This document shows positions 50,781 to 62,912 of a stretch of DNA of 64,000 nt, in pieces. The stretch comes from Lingula anatina. Lineage: Eukaryota > Animalia > Brachiopoda. The translations under genes were made by a program, and so were the position numbers. The notes beneath the pieces are model-generated. The model was not told the origin of the DNA. It saw only the letters and a list, made by a program, of their open reading frames with translations, and did not search any database. Each line of letters opens with the position of its first letter. Position 1 is the stretch's first letter. The DNA lies in the NCBI GenBank assembly GCA_051362555.1, contig CM120644.1, positions 8,812,954 through 8,876,953 of the forward strand. Reading direction: 5' to 3'.

Positions 50781-50955
50781 GGCCCCATTCAGAATAAGGG
50801 ACTTACTAGTCCGAGGGTCAAATATGGCGACCCACAACAAAGCTTGCCGTCTAATCCGCTGAAAGTCACTGAATAGATTCCCCGTGGGGAAGTATTCAAG
50901 TGGGTCGGCCATATTTGACCCTCGGACTAGTTATACCCCTAATCTGAATGAGGCC
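50781..50955. mobile_element. MITE family E (~175 bp) with ~60-bp TIRs
   Basis: GGCCCCATTCAGA...ACTAGTCCGAGGGTCAAATATGGCGACCCAC is inverted against GTGGGTCGGCCATATTTGACCCTCGGACTAGT...TCTGAATGAGGCC. Confidence 0.85.
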
Positions 50956-51166
50956 ATTGGCGGCTCCAAGGTGGGGTTAGCTAGGTGCCTGAATTCAGTG
51001 ATTGGGGCGGGAGACTGCCACCGGAATCTTCTTTTAGCAGTTTGAGTATCCTATACCACATAAGTGAAGGGATTCCGAAGTTAATTTAAGGAGAAATAAA
51101 ACTGCGTGGCCATACACGGGTATGCCCTGATTTTTTTCACGTTGTGGAAGTATTACGTGTCTCTTA

Positions 51167-51382
51167 GACCCCATTCCCAGAGATTAGATCGATCCAACTA
51201 GATCGACCTAACTCCCTGGGGGTTCACGCTAAATAGCTGTCACTGCCGAGCGGGCACGAAAGTTAATTAGCCCCTTACAGCTTCAAGTAGGCGGGACGGA
51301 CATTTAAGCCGGATTATCTGACTGTAATCTAGTGACACTCCCCACGGGGATAGATCGATCTAAAATCTCTGGGAATGCGCCC
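51167..51382. mobile_element. MITE family A, orientation B
   Basis: Family A sequence with most CpGs intact; TTA/TTA flanks. Confidence 0.9.
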
Positions 51383-52152
51383 TTACTTGAACTTAAAAAT
51401 GATGATAGAAAATTACCAATCACGATATGTTACGATATCTAACCTGTACTACAGTATTAGTCTATAAGCCATCCCGAGTGTTGTCTATTATGTGGGCTTT
51501 GGCGGTTTGACGGCAAAACCTCAGGCACATTTATAATTCTCATTTCTATATAAAAAAAGAACTTTCTTTTAATGGAAACATTCAGATAAAAGATCCAGAT
51601 ATAAATCGGCCGTGATCTCCACTTTAAAACTATAAAATTCGATTCCCAACAGCGTATCTCCCACACAAGAAATGCTGACAGCAGAATCACGCTCTGTATA
51701 TAGGGCAATACGACTGCGTTTGATTTATTGTGAGATGAGCTACAGTGAATTAAGCAGATCTATTAAACAGTAGATGTAAAGTAACCATTATGTTAATGAA
51801 GGTGACCAAGGCATTTATTTTTTCACCCCCCCCCCCCCCCCCCGAAATGAATAATAACAGTCTACGTTGGCGTTTTTTATACATCGTATTGAAAAATTGT
51901 TAATCAGCAGTTAAAAAGCTTTTTACATACATCAGTGGTGGAGCGTTTTAATTGTAGTCTATATAGGCTTACTAAGAGCGTCCCAAGGGTAGATGTCCAA
52001 TTAAGTGGGCTGCACATAGAGCCTTCACCTACAAGGCCGAAACTCAGGATATCAATTACAGCAGCACTCTAGTCCAATACTGACGTTTAGTTCATATATA
52101 ATCATTTACAAAATGCACTCCTCTGAAACCCAGTGTGAAAGCGCAGACCAAG

Positions 52153-52290
52153 CGTGGGAAATCATCCCGTTGGTGTTAGTTGCAGAGCTCCGCGTGGCAT
52201 CACCGCTAGATGTCAGCAGTTTCGCCACGCGCCAAGCGGTCAATAATGTCGTCTGTCCTAATGAATAATCATTGAGACGCCTATATTAAG
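52153..52290 (+). promoter_or_regulatory. Putative promoter with CSL/Su(H)-like, CTCF-like and TATA-like motifs
   Basis: CGTGGGAA (52153-52160), CCGCTAGATGTCAGC (52203-52217) and TATATTAA (~52282) in a CpG-rich patch upstream of ATG 52391. Confidence 0.45.
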
Positions 52291-52390
52291 TGAGGACATC
52301 TTCAGAAACTTCTCACTCCACCATCGGAACAGAAAACTTGAACTACTGAATACGTTTGGCTACCAGGACAATTCGAAAGGGGTTTTGAAG

Positions 52391-52448
52391 ATGGCGCAAG
52401 GCAGAGATGTAATCAGTTTACTTGTCGGTTTTTTCCTCATTTGTCTCG
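52391..52448 (+). CDS. Probable first coding exon (signal peptide) of a secreted or membrane protein; remainder not identified in the window
   Basis: AAGATGGCG start context, MAQGRDVISLLVGFFLICL hydrophobic stretch, and a perfect phase-1 donor G|GTAAGT. Confidence 0.6.
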
Positions 52449-54490
52449 GTAAGTGACGACTGGTGCTTTGAAGGTATCTTCAGCAGCAAGAACTGTCGGA
52501 ATTCCGATAAATATTTTCTTAGCATATTTGTAGCAAAGCTTGTGTGCCGAGATGTTTAAACGATAGAAGAACTGTTGGTCCCGTTAAACCCGCACTGCGT
52601 GAAAAGATATTGAAGACGACAAATATCGGTTGTTTCTGCACCGTAAGAATATTAACGAGTTTTTGTCTTAACCTTGCTAAACTGTGAGGAGGGATTGATT
52701 TCTTAAGAATTTTAATGGCAGATCGACATGTCTTTGATTTCTGATTTTGATGGTAAACCAAGCTGTATTAAGGATATATGCGAGACAGAGTGATAAGATA
52801 GTAATAGGGTTTTCCTCTTTTCCAAATTAATCATCAAACCAGTATCTTGTACATGGACTAGTGATTGCAATTACGTCGGAATAATTAATACCGTTTGCCC
52901 AAACATACTAATTAGAAGGCCTACTTTACCGACTTTACAGTGTATTTGTCATTAAATGCATTTTATTTGTCATTAAAACTGCAAATGAGAAGTTTAACTT
53001 CACAGAATGTCCTTGCTGGACTGACTTTGAAAGTGTAAGCGGTTTATGTCCAGATTGTTGAAATTGGTACATTTAAACAAGGCATAAATATGATAAAGAT
53101 AGCAGGATGAAACTTGATATTATATGAGTTTTAAGATGTGGTAAGTATAAAATATGAATATACAAAAAAGTGGATAGTGATTTTCATCTTGAACGTTACG
53201 AAAAATTGTACCCTAAAAGTGTTGGAATCATCCAGATGTAAATAAGTATAGAAGATCAAAGAACAAAATGTAGTTTCGCATTGAGAGCAAAATGTGGAAA
53301 TTGATGAATTGGATGTCAACAGCTAGCAAGGGCAATAAGTTATATTAATTAAAACATTTACGTCTCAATTTAAGTTGTAGTTTCCTTTATAATCCAAAAG
53401 CTAAAATCTGAAAACAACAACTAGCGTGCCATGCAAATGAATGGCATTGGTTTGTACCGCTGTCATGAAACGACAACGTCACATGTTTAAAACATGAGGG
53501 CTGTCTTAATAGTTAAATGTCAATAAACGTGTGGGTGTGTGCACGCGCATCTTCGTGCAAAATTGGAAACTGCACTTCTTTGTCTAAGTTAGCGTGAGTT
53601 ATCAGCAGTTTAAAAGACCATGCGTAATTTACAATTCAAGGATTTAATATTACATATATTGAATCACTAAAGTGTTAATAGATTTCATTAAGGCGTGTCA
53701 TTCGAGCTAATGACACATGGTTTTACATCAAGATGTTTGTTTATGAACGGGGGCGTTCCTAATCTCCAAATCGACAAAACAGTGTAAATATATGCAGTGG
53801 AATTAATGGCTCCGTGAAAAGGTAATCCCTCTTCTACGGTGTCCTATTAGATAGATTAACTTAATTCTCATTAAAGAGATGTTTAGGGTGTAAACTATGC
53901 CATGTTGTATTCTCGTATAATATCCATTATGTGCATTGTTATACAATGTGTAAAACAACATTATCAAACAAAACATGCAGGAACAGTGTACGTAATCAGC
54001 GTAATGGACAAAGACACGAAAGAACTAACGCAAACATAATGTGCTATCAGACAATTTGTTTAAAAAAGACGACAGAACAGCTGCCAGCTAGAAAACAGCT
54101 GCTTTCTTTGTCAATTTTCCGTGAATGATTACGCTACGGCAAACAAAAGGTTCAGTAAGAGGTTATGGAATTTGTAGATGAACCATGGCGTTAATATTTC
54201 TGTCTAGCGTCTCTGTTGTTCGTCTGCCAATTTTGATACCAATTGCATCAAAGCGAGAAAACAACGCGCTAAGTAAAAACTAAAATTGTCGATAACATCT
54301 GTCTACGGAAAATAATTATTCTGTATGATTGTCAACAGTAACTGTCAGATGGTTTTGTCGATTTCTCATTTGAAAGAATTCTCTGTGACTGAGAGACGTC
54401 TGAAACGAAATAATATAAGTTGCACGATAAATACGAATTTCAGTAGGACAAATATATATTTGTGAGAAGTTTGGACCCTCTCAGACAAAC

Positions 54491-54522
<32 letters not shown>

Positions 54523-54987
54523 CATGAGAGCATGTACGGTAAAAATAAAAAGGAACGAAAACGAAAGCGAAAGTCATCATTAACAGAGCTATTTAGCAAT
54601 AGTCACACGACAAAACGGTTAACCCCCAATCCCGTTTTCTGTTTCAAGAAATGTTCAGATTCAACACAGTTGATGCTGGCCTTTGAATTCAAACATATGT
54701 GACAGCTTAATGGGACAGCTTCATTTCCGATTCAATCAGTGACAAATCCCTTACCTTTTGATATCATAATATCTACAAATACGATTAGCCTTAATTACGG
54801 CAATCGACCGTTTCTACGACATCCAATACTATAATAGGACTTATAAGGCAAGGGAGAGGATGGGGTCTTAAGTAGAACGTTTGTCCCGAATTCAAGATTG
54901 AAAAAAATCTGATCGCGTTTACCAGGGATAGATTAGATCTAGTCCGCTAGAATAAAGCGATTATCTGCTGTTTTTTTAAATTGTGTA

Positions 54988-55155
54988 CAGGGGCGGATCC
55001 AGAGATATTTTCTGACAGTCTTCCAAATTATCTTTGTTGACCCATCCACCATTTTTGACCGTCTTCCGACAGAAAAAATTAGTTACCCGTCAATGTAAAC
55101 TTGAAAATCTGACCGTCTTCCGGAAGACCCAGAAGACCGCCTAAATCCGCCCCTG
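54988..55155. mobile_element. Small CAGGGGC-terminus non-autonomous DNA element
   Basis: CAGGGGCGGAT / ATCCGCCCCTG TIRs, internal GAC.GTCTTCC subrepeats, flanked by TGTGTA on both sides. Confidence 0.82.
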
Positions 55156-58100
55156 TGTGTAGACATCATCCATTTCACACACATATTTTACCGAGCAGTC
55201 CCTAGATCGTTCGCAAAACATTCGTACGCCAATAACGATCGAGGTTTCACAATTGACGACGTACATGTACTCGAGTAATACGAAGCACAAATGCTTTTCA
55301 CGCGGATGTCAGTCTGTTTTGCTTGCTGAAAAACCAAGTACGAAGACATAGGTGTGTGTTATGGTGTGTGTTATTTCTGAAGATGGCATGGGTGGTGAGC
55401 GGTGTCACCTGCTCAGTTGATAGCATATTTTCCTCACTTTGTCAAAAAATAAACCGTCGTTATGTAAATCAAGAGAACAAACGTGTCTTCATAATATCCC
55501 AAGAATAGTGAGTTTTCCAACCTGAATAAGTTAATTGAATGTGAACTCAATTCGTTCATTATAAATTTTCAAACATGTGTTAATTGAATGCGAACTCACT
55601 TCATAAGTAATATTGACAAAGATGTCTTAAACTATTCGAACGTTGCAATGGCGAACTACAAAACTCGAGGTCACGGTTAGCGTTGGGTGGTGACGTAGTT
55701 TAAAATTATTCCCTCGTTCTCATTCGTAGTTCATCGGTTTCCTGAGCCCATCGCACGGTCGGCTTAAAGAAGTCGTCCCGAAAATAATTTAGGAAACCTA
55801 AAACGTGCCCAGAAACTAACTGTAAGACTGGTCAGGGTCTACATCACAAGTGCAATCCTGAACAATTCTCACCTTCTTCAGCAGGTGTAACACAAGGGGC
55901 AGTTAGGCTACCACATTTCTAATATAACCAGTTTATTGCCCAACCCACCCCTCTCCTGCTCTCGACCTATGTATATCAATCACTTAACACAGAGACAGCA
56001 GCCGCTTGTATTTAGTATTTAGTATGCCGTGGGGATCGGAAGCGCGCACTAGACCATTAGAGTAATCCTGACACTGGATAATACATAATCAACCAAACAT
56101 AGGGACCAGATGGCCCATTGGAATCTTGGACCCATCAAGTTGAAATGTATAAATTGTTCAATTTGCAACAGACTACCAGGTGGATTGAAATTCAGATGAA
56201 AGAACAGTGCACCTGAATATTGCAGGTCTGGCTTTTAAACCAGACGAAAATGAATTATTTGACCACTGATGTGTTATAGACGTCTAGTCTTTGGCAAGTC
56301 GTCCGATTCAAAACATGGTCGGAAATGTTGGTGACCTGAGGTAAAAGGAATGAGGACGATAATTTTGTATCAAAGTAAAGAGAATTTTGTGACTGCCTGG
56401 CATACATGAGTAGAGTATGATACGTCTGAATAATCAATCTTTATTAGATTTGAACTAAAACACTTAAAATCCAGTAACTCGCACGGAAGCTTAATAAGGC
56501 TGGAGATGTTTAATGAACGCAATGAAAGCAAATGACGTTCTTGCTTTGTTTACATTGTTCTGAACGAATAAGTTAAAGTTGACATTGGGTATTTAGGGAA
56601 CAGTATCGAAAACGTGATCAAAATCCCGTTTTCTACTGTTGCCTCTATGATTTGCTCCCTGTACCATTGAAGGGCAATTCGTCCTTGTACACATTTGAAT
56701 TGAAATCCTCCTGGTGCTGTTTTGTTATAGTGAACGCAAAACCTTTAACAATGAAGCAATCCTTTACAACATTGCATAGAATGGGTGCATGTCAATTACT
56801 TCCTTGCCCACAAAATGCAGAACGCTTAAGGGTTGATATCGATAAGTTTGGTGTAATTATTCAAATGGAATAGATATGCTTAATTGTTTAATACTTGATA
56901 CTGTGTGTTCCGAAGTTGGTTCATCCATCGCTTTCCTCTACACCTGTATTTTTTCTACACACCTGTATCGATCAGACGGTCTCTGGTCGAATGTGAATGT
57001 GCTTCCGATAATTAATCACCTCTCAGCGACAAGACAGTATAACTTTAATCATGCATCCCACATCTTTATACATAGCTTGCGCCCATTTCCTTCGTAGAAA
57101 GTTGTTGACCATAAAGTTAGTTATCAACTAGACCTCTTATTTGATTCAGGGCAATGACTTTTAATGAAGGTCATCTATATAACATTTTTCCGACAACTCT
57201 AGCTTGGTGTCACCCCTTTATTTTAAACCTTGATCCGTCAGAGTGAATATTAATGGAACTTGGAGCACATTTTTGAATTGTGAAGCATAATTTCCTACGC
57301 TAGCTTTTCTGTTCACCTCCCAAAATCTGTTATTTCCGGAAGCCATATTGTGTGAAGTACATAGCAATTAAAACGTGCAAGATGCACGTAACACTCCATA
57401 AATCTAATCCGAATCTGCATGAAATAAACATGGCCGTCGACAATGATTTTATATCTGTGCCTTGAAAACGGAACTTTAATGACAATAATATTTCAGAAGT
57501 TGTTATTTTGAGATATACTAGAACCATGCCTAGAATTCTTAAATATAACGGATGTTTCAAAGAGAGATTGTTTATTTAATTAAAGGTTTATCGATTGGAA
57601 CTGCCTGTACTTGTTAAGGTTATTCTTTGTGTTATCGTTTACATGTAGGGAAGAACCCAGAAAGAGAAATTTTAGAATTTCTAATACGAAAACAATACGT
57701 CAGCGATTCTTAATAGAGCGTTTCATCAATCTTTCGTGTGTGTGTACTCCCCCAGGAGACGTAGCATTTGATAAATGAACTGTTTCACACACTAAGGGTA
57801 AGAAAAGTACACGTTACCATTTTGTGCTAAATTTACAAAAGTGAAACCTTGCATTCAATTCACCAATCTTACCCTAATGGTGCATGTACACACACTGGAC
57901 AATAGGAGTGTCACCCCTACTGAACCAATACTTTGGAGGAGATAAATGACTGCGGAATGATATGCTCCTGGTATCATTTTAACATCAAATTTCACAAAAA
58001 GACCAACAATACAATTCCATGGTACAGCTGTTTTATACTCATTAGTCACATTTTAAGTAGACCAGGCATTATAACTACTCAAGATCTACCTACTTTGATT

Positions 58101-59112
58101 ACTCTGATTCAGGGGGTGACACTTAATTCTATTGTCCATTTTCTGTATGTCAAAAAACACCACCAAACTCTCGGACATACACGTACCAGTGGCTTGACAG
58201 GCTTGCTGAAGGCAAATATATCTTTATCGGATTTCACCTAATCTATGCTCCCTTGTAAAGAAAACTCCGCATTTGGTCTGATGCCTTGAAGGAATTTTTA
58301 CAAATCGAGCTCAACTCAGATAACGTGCTCAGTCTGGTTAATCTTTCAAAACGTCGTAAAAATCACGAAACTGACCTTCCAGGAGCAGCGAAATCTCAGA
58401 GATTATAGCATTTACAGATTTTACATATGTGTATAAGGTAGACAGGAAAATAGGTTGGAGAGGATTATAAATACCATTTACAAGACACTAATTTTATCTG
58501 TGCTCGATGTCAACCTTTGCATGTCAGTTACGTACGCATAGAGAAAGAGGTCAACTGATAGACTTTTTAAAGATTGTACTATCAAGAAAAACAAAGTTCG
58601 TTTCTTCAAATTCTCAGCCGGACCATTGGTATCCACATTGTAGATGGCTCTATCCACATGTATGCCATTAACCGGGTCAGGATAAAACTACCTTCATACT
58701 ACTCTCATATGCCATTTATAAGTCAATTAATTAACTCCTGTTTTAAGGGCGCCCGAGATCATAATCAAATAAGCAAACCGTAGATAATGAGTCCGTAAAG
58801 ACGGTTGTCCAGTTAGAATGTCGTTTTCGTATTAACAATACAGTTCAATTACCCTAAAAAGACTGCAGCGGAAGTCGCCAAACGTGAAATGGTAACCAAA
58901 TACTACTTTCTACCAGCGTTTTTCACGAGCTGTAACAAAACTATATATTAGACCTCTGTGGAATTTAAGATGATCAAGTTGTCTACTCTTATGTAACTAC
59001 CCTTCCTCTACCCGTCACTTAGCGAGCTGGCACACAGCAGCAGAAGAAACAATCGCTGGGATGGATGTAATCACACAGCTGGAACCTGGGCAGCCCATTT
59101 AAGCTACACTTA

Positions 59113-59339
59113 GAGCGCATTCCCAGAGATTAAGATCGATCCAACTAGATCGACCCAATTCCCTGGGAGTTCACGCTAAATTGCTGTCAGCCGACCGCGC
59201 ACGGAAGTTAATTACGCCCTTACAGCTTTTGGTAGGTTTTGGACAGACATTTAAGCCGGCTAAGCTGACAGTAATCTAGTGAGACTCCCCACGACTCCCC
59301 ACGGGAATAGATCGATCTAAAATATGTGGGAATGGGGTC
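59113..59339. mobile_element. MITE family A, orientation B
   Basis: Family A sequence with a small internal duplication (GACTCCCCAC twice); TTA left and TAA right. Confidence 0.9.
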
Positions 59340-59342
59340 TAA

Positions 59343-59594
59343 TAAACTATTCCCAAACCCTATCGTACTAAGTTTGGATCGAACTATCTCCAAGGGGATT
59401 CTCGCCTGATTAACTTTAAGCGGTTTAGATGTCTGGGACGTCTACTTAAGCTGACAGGGGGTAATTAACTATCGTTTAGCAGCTTTAGTAGACGTCCCAG
59501 ACATCTAAGCCACTTAAGCTGAAAGCAATTTAGCGAGAAACCCCGTGGAGATGGGCCGATCCTGTTAGATCGATCTAGGGATGGGAACCCAGTC
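59343..59594. mobile_element. Diverged, more palindromic relative of MITE family A, abutting the previous copy
   Basis: TTAGATGTCTGGGACGTCTACT is inverted against AGTAGACGTCCCAGACATCTAA; shared GGGGTAATTAACT core and GATCGATCTA...GGGAA...GTC-TTA end. Confidence 0.75.
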
Positions 59595-60289
59595 TTACAT
59601 AACTTAACTCGGACAGCGATACGTGCTTCTCAACACCTAGCAGTGAGATAGTTTCTACTGAATTCCGAGGGGGGGGGGGGGGGGGGGCGTATTTCTCCTA
59701 ATTATCAGGGAAGTTTCACTCGATTGCGTAACAGCTAGAGAAGAACACTGGTAGAGTATAACCAGATACGAATCGGAGAGTCTAAGATTGGGAGAGAGTC
59801 TTGATATATATGTAAAAAATGGTACCTTAATTACATGTAATTGTCAGCTGTTTCCCACCATACTTGCAATCTCTGTGCTTTTGTTTTGGGATTCTTTTGT
59901 GAGTATTTAAAAGAGAAATGTCTCGCTACAAAGATGATTCAAACCTTATTTTCGGAATCATGACTCTATCCTTCTTCAATGTTTGACAGATGCCGCTCCT
60001 ACCTATTTCATCCATAAACTATTTCAACACCAAAAAAATAAAAACTACCAAACATAACAGTGATGATAATGCGATAATAATAGAGAACGCACAGAATTTA
60101 AACTGCAAATCATCTTAGTAAACGTAACAGTGCATCTTCAATATGATAACCAATAACACGATGTCCTATGTTTGGTGCCAACAAAACCATATATTATAAC
60201 GTACATGTAAATTTGACAACTTTGCACGAAAAAATGATATTAGGTATCGAAATCGGGACCATTCAGAGAAAATGATTATTCTGCGTTTT

Positions 60290-60381
60290 CTCAGCAACAG
60301 AGAACGTTTTTTAACGTTACCATAACGTTCTTTTCTTTGGTTGTATTGTAACGTTATAATAACATTCTGTGTATTGCTGGG
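60290..60381. mobile_element. Short CCCAGC-terminus-type non-autonomous element with AACGTT subrepeats
   Basis: CTCAGCAACAGAGAACGTT ... AACATTCTGTGTATTGCTGGG imperfect TIR, with several AACGTT repeats inside. Confidence 0.55.
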
Positions 60382-61827
60382 TTGGTAACTAATAGGTACC
60401 GGTGTATAGAGGATTGAAACCTTAATGGGAATTTATTATCGCTATTAATTTATTACCTGTTTCAAGTGTATCAGCACTCAATGTCACCTGATTTCTCGAT
60501 CTACCAACAAGCGAAAGCCATTGCCCCTGGAGACGCTCCTGGGACAATTAGACCAAAAGCGTTTTGCTGTAAAAAGCTTTTCCATGACGTGAGTACGTCT
60601 TATCGGGATGGGCCTTACGCCATTCTATTGTCTGCTTATCTAAGGTTAAAGAGTTGAAGGTAATGTGCAAGAAAAGGGAATGTCCTTATTGACGGATCAA
60701 GCATGCCTTGATTAGACAAGGGGTGGATACCCGAGCTCCTCCCCCCCCCCCCCCACACACACACACACACTCAATACTGCAATGTACCAGTTGAAACTCT
60801 TAAGCATGTTAATTGAAAGATGCTTCTGTCAGCCTCAGCGGGTGTCTCTTTCTCCACAATTCCCAATTTAAGAAAGTTTTTGTGTGTGTGTCGAGTGGGG
60901 GGGGGGGGGGGGGGGGGGGCTCTGTTTTCAAGTGCGATTTGAAATAATATAAAATAAAGTATGTTTTATAAGGCCAATAGAGCCAGGACGAGTTCCGAAA
61001 CTTCTTTTACCTGGAGCTTCACGCAGTCGAACCGGAACAATAAATCCTTTCACTGTTGCATCTAGGAGACATTATTCCTCTGCTTCACATTAATAACAAA
61101 TTGGAGACCTTTTTCAATTGCCTACATCAGCGAGTCCCTTGGAGCTTTTTCATGCCCTTGCCTTAAATGGTATCATACTTCAGATACAGTGTGTCAGTTT
61201 TACTACACTTGGGGGAAATACAATGTAAATCGAACATAATATAGAATGAGACAGTTTTGAGGAAAAAACCTTTGCGGCAGAAAATGGTCATGCTTAAAAC
61301 GTCTCTCGTATCCGTTGCATATATCAAATAGGTTTTACTGCTAATTGAAAGAGGCTAGGCATTCTCAGGGGTTCAAATCTACGTGGTGGTTCTAATAGTG
61401 CGTACTTCAAAGGTAAGGCGAAGAAGATATTCTTCAAGTGAGCCTGAAACTAAGCTTGCTCTTCAACGCCCTCTTTTAGCAATAATTATAACCAAATATT
61501 CAAATGTTTTATAAGGACATCTACTTATGTACCTATTGCTGTTTTCATATTATGGAAGGAGCAAACAAAGGTTTCTTGTTTGCTATTGCGTGAGATATTT
61601 CTCTCCTTACTATTTCTCTCCTTACTGTAATCTTAATTCTAGTTTCATTGCATCCAATTCTTTCTTTTCTTTATGTTTAATTTTACTTTGTTTTTCTTTC
61701 TAAGCTTTCTGTTTTCATTTTTTCTCTTGTTTGTATTCTTTGGATGAAAATTTTATGTTAGGCAAAGGGTTTATAATGTACATTTTACATACAACATGCC
61801 CCTGGAAAGAAGGCACCTTGTGACGAC

Positions 61828-62090
61828 CCGATATGTCCTACAGGCCAGATATGTCCTACGACCAGAGAAGGCCAAATATGTCCGACAAAAAAGAGCCATG
61901 TGTGTCCGACAGGCCAAATATGTCCGACAAAAAAAATAAATAAATAAATAAAAAATAAAAAAAAATAAAAATAGAATAAAAATAAATTAAAAAAAAAGCC
62001 AGATGTGTCCGACAGGCCGGATATGTCCGACAACATATCTGGCCTTCTCTGGTCGTAGGACATATCTGGCTTGTCGGACACATCTGGCCC
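61828..62090. repeat. Fold-back element built from ~18-bp GCCAGATATGTCCGACA subrepeats
   Basis: GCCAGATATGTCCTACGACCAGAGAAGGCCAAATATGT is inverted against ACATATCTGGCCTTCTCTGGTCGTAGGACATATCTGGC; multiple direct subrepeats and an internal A-rich tract. Confidence 0.75.
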
Positions 62091-62860
62091 ACCTTCCTAG
62101 GATGGCCTATGGCCTTGTTTATCTGCTTGGAGGGTTTGTATTAAAGTACAAGACCAAAACCATAAGACCAATTGGGAACTCTTTTATTTGTAGTTTGACA
62201 GATGACACTTTAAATTAAATAGAATGACTGTATAAGCAGTTCTTAGAATTCAGTGCATCGGGGTTACAAATGGAATAGATGCTAAATTTAAGCGATAATT
62301 TGAATGGGCATTATTGCATTATTAAACAAATGGTCTGGCGTTGAAATATCAATAAGTGCAACATTGGTAATGAGGACACTTAGCGCACAGAAGTAAAATG
62401 TTTAGGGACAGTGAGTGCAGTTAATACCAACGATTAACCGACACAATAGATATGGTTATCAAACTAATAGCATTTTATTGAAATACATACATGGTGAAAC
62501 AGATACCATACGGTAAAAAGCCGTAATCCTCAAAGGATGTTCTATATATAAACATGCTCTTTGGCGTAGTTTTTTTACTCTCCGTCATCAGTCAAATTTA
62601 TTGTTTCAGAGAACTGCCGAAACAAACTCCCAGCTCGTGAACGGCATAGCTAAGTCCAGGTGGTGTTTCGAGGCAATTTCCAACAGAGTGTGATTCACAG
62701 TACTAGTGCGGTCCCACGGTGTAGTGCTGAAATTTGGTTCCGTGTTAATATGATAGTATTTATGTGATAAATGTGCGAATATATAAGCGAAAACTTTCGT
62801 CAAACTACATGTAACAAATTCAGATATATGTATCATATAAATACACGTGTCTTTACATTA

Positions 62861-62912
<52 letters not shown>

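Noticed and set aside
3685-59594. Repeated ~215-bp structured sequence as ncRNA gene, SINE or CRISPR-like array
   Set aside because: Copies are dispersed, have TIRs and TTA/TAA duplications, and lack Pol III A/B boxes, tails or repeat-spacer periodicity.
61785-62218. ORFs with repeated SD/GHIW peptides; also considered as a CRISPR-like array
   Set aside because: They are translations of the fold-back repeat and its A-rich tract. Units are adjacent without unique regular spacers, and the context is eukaryotic.
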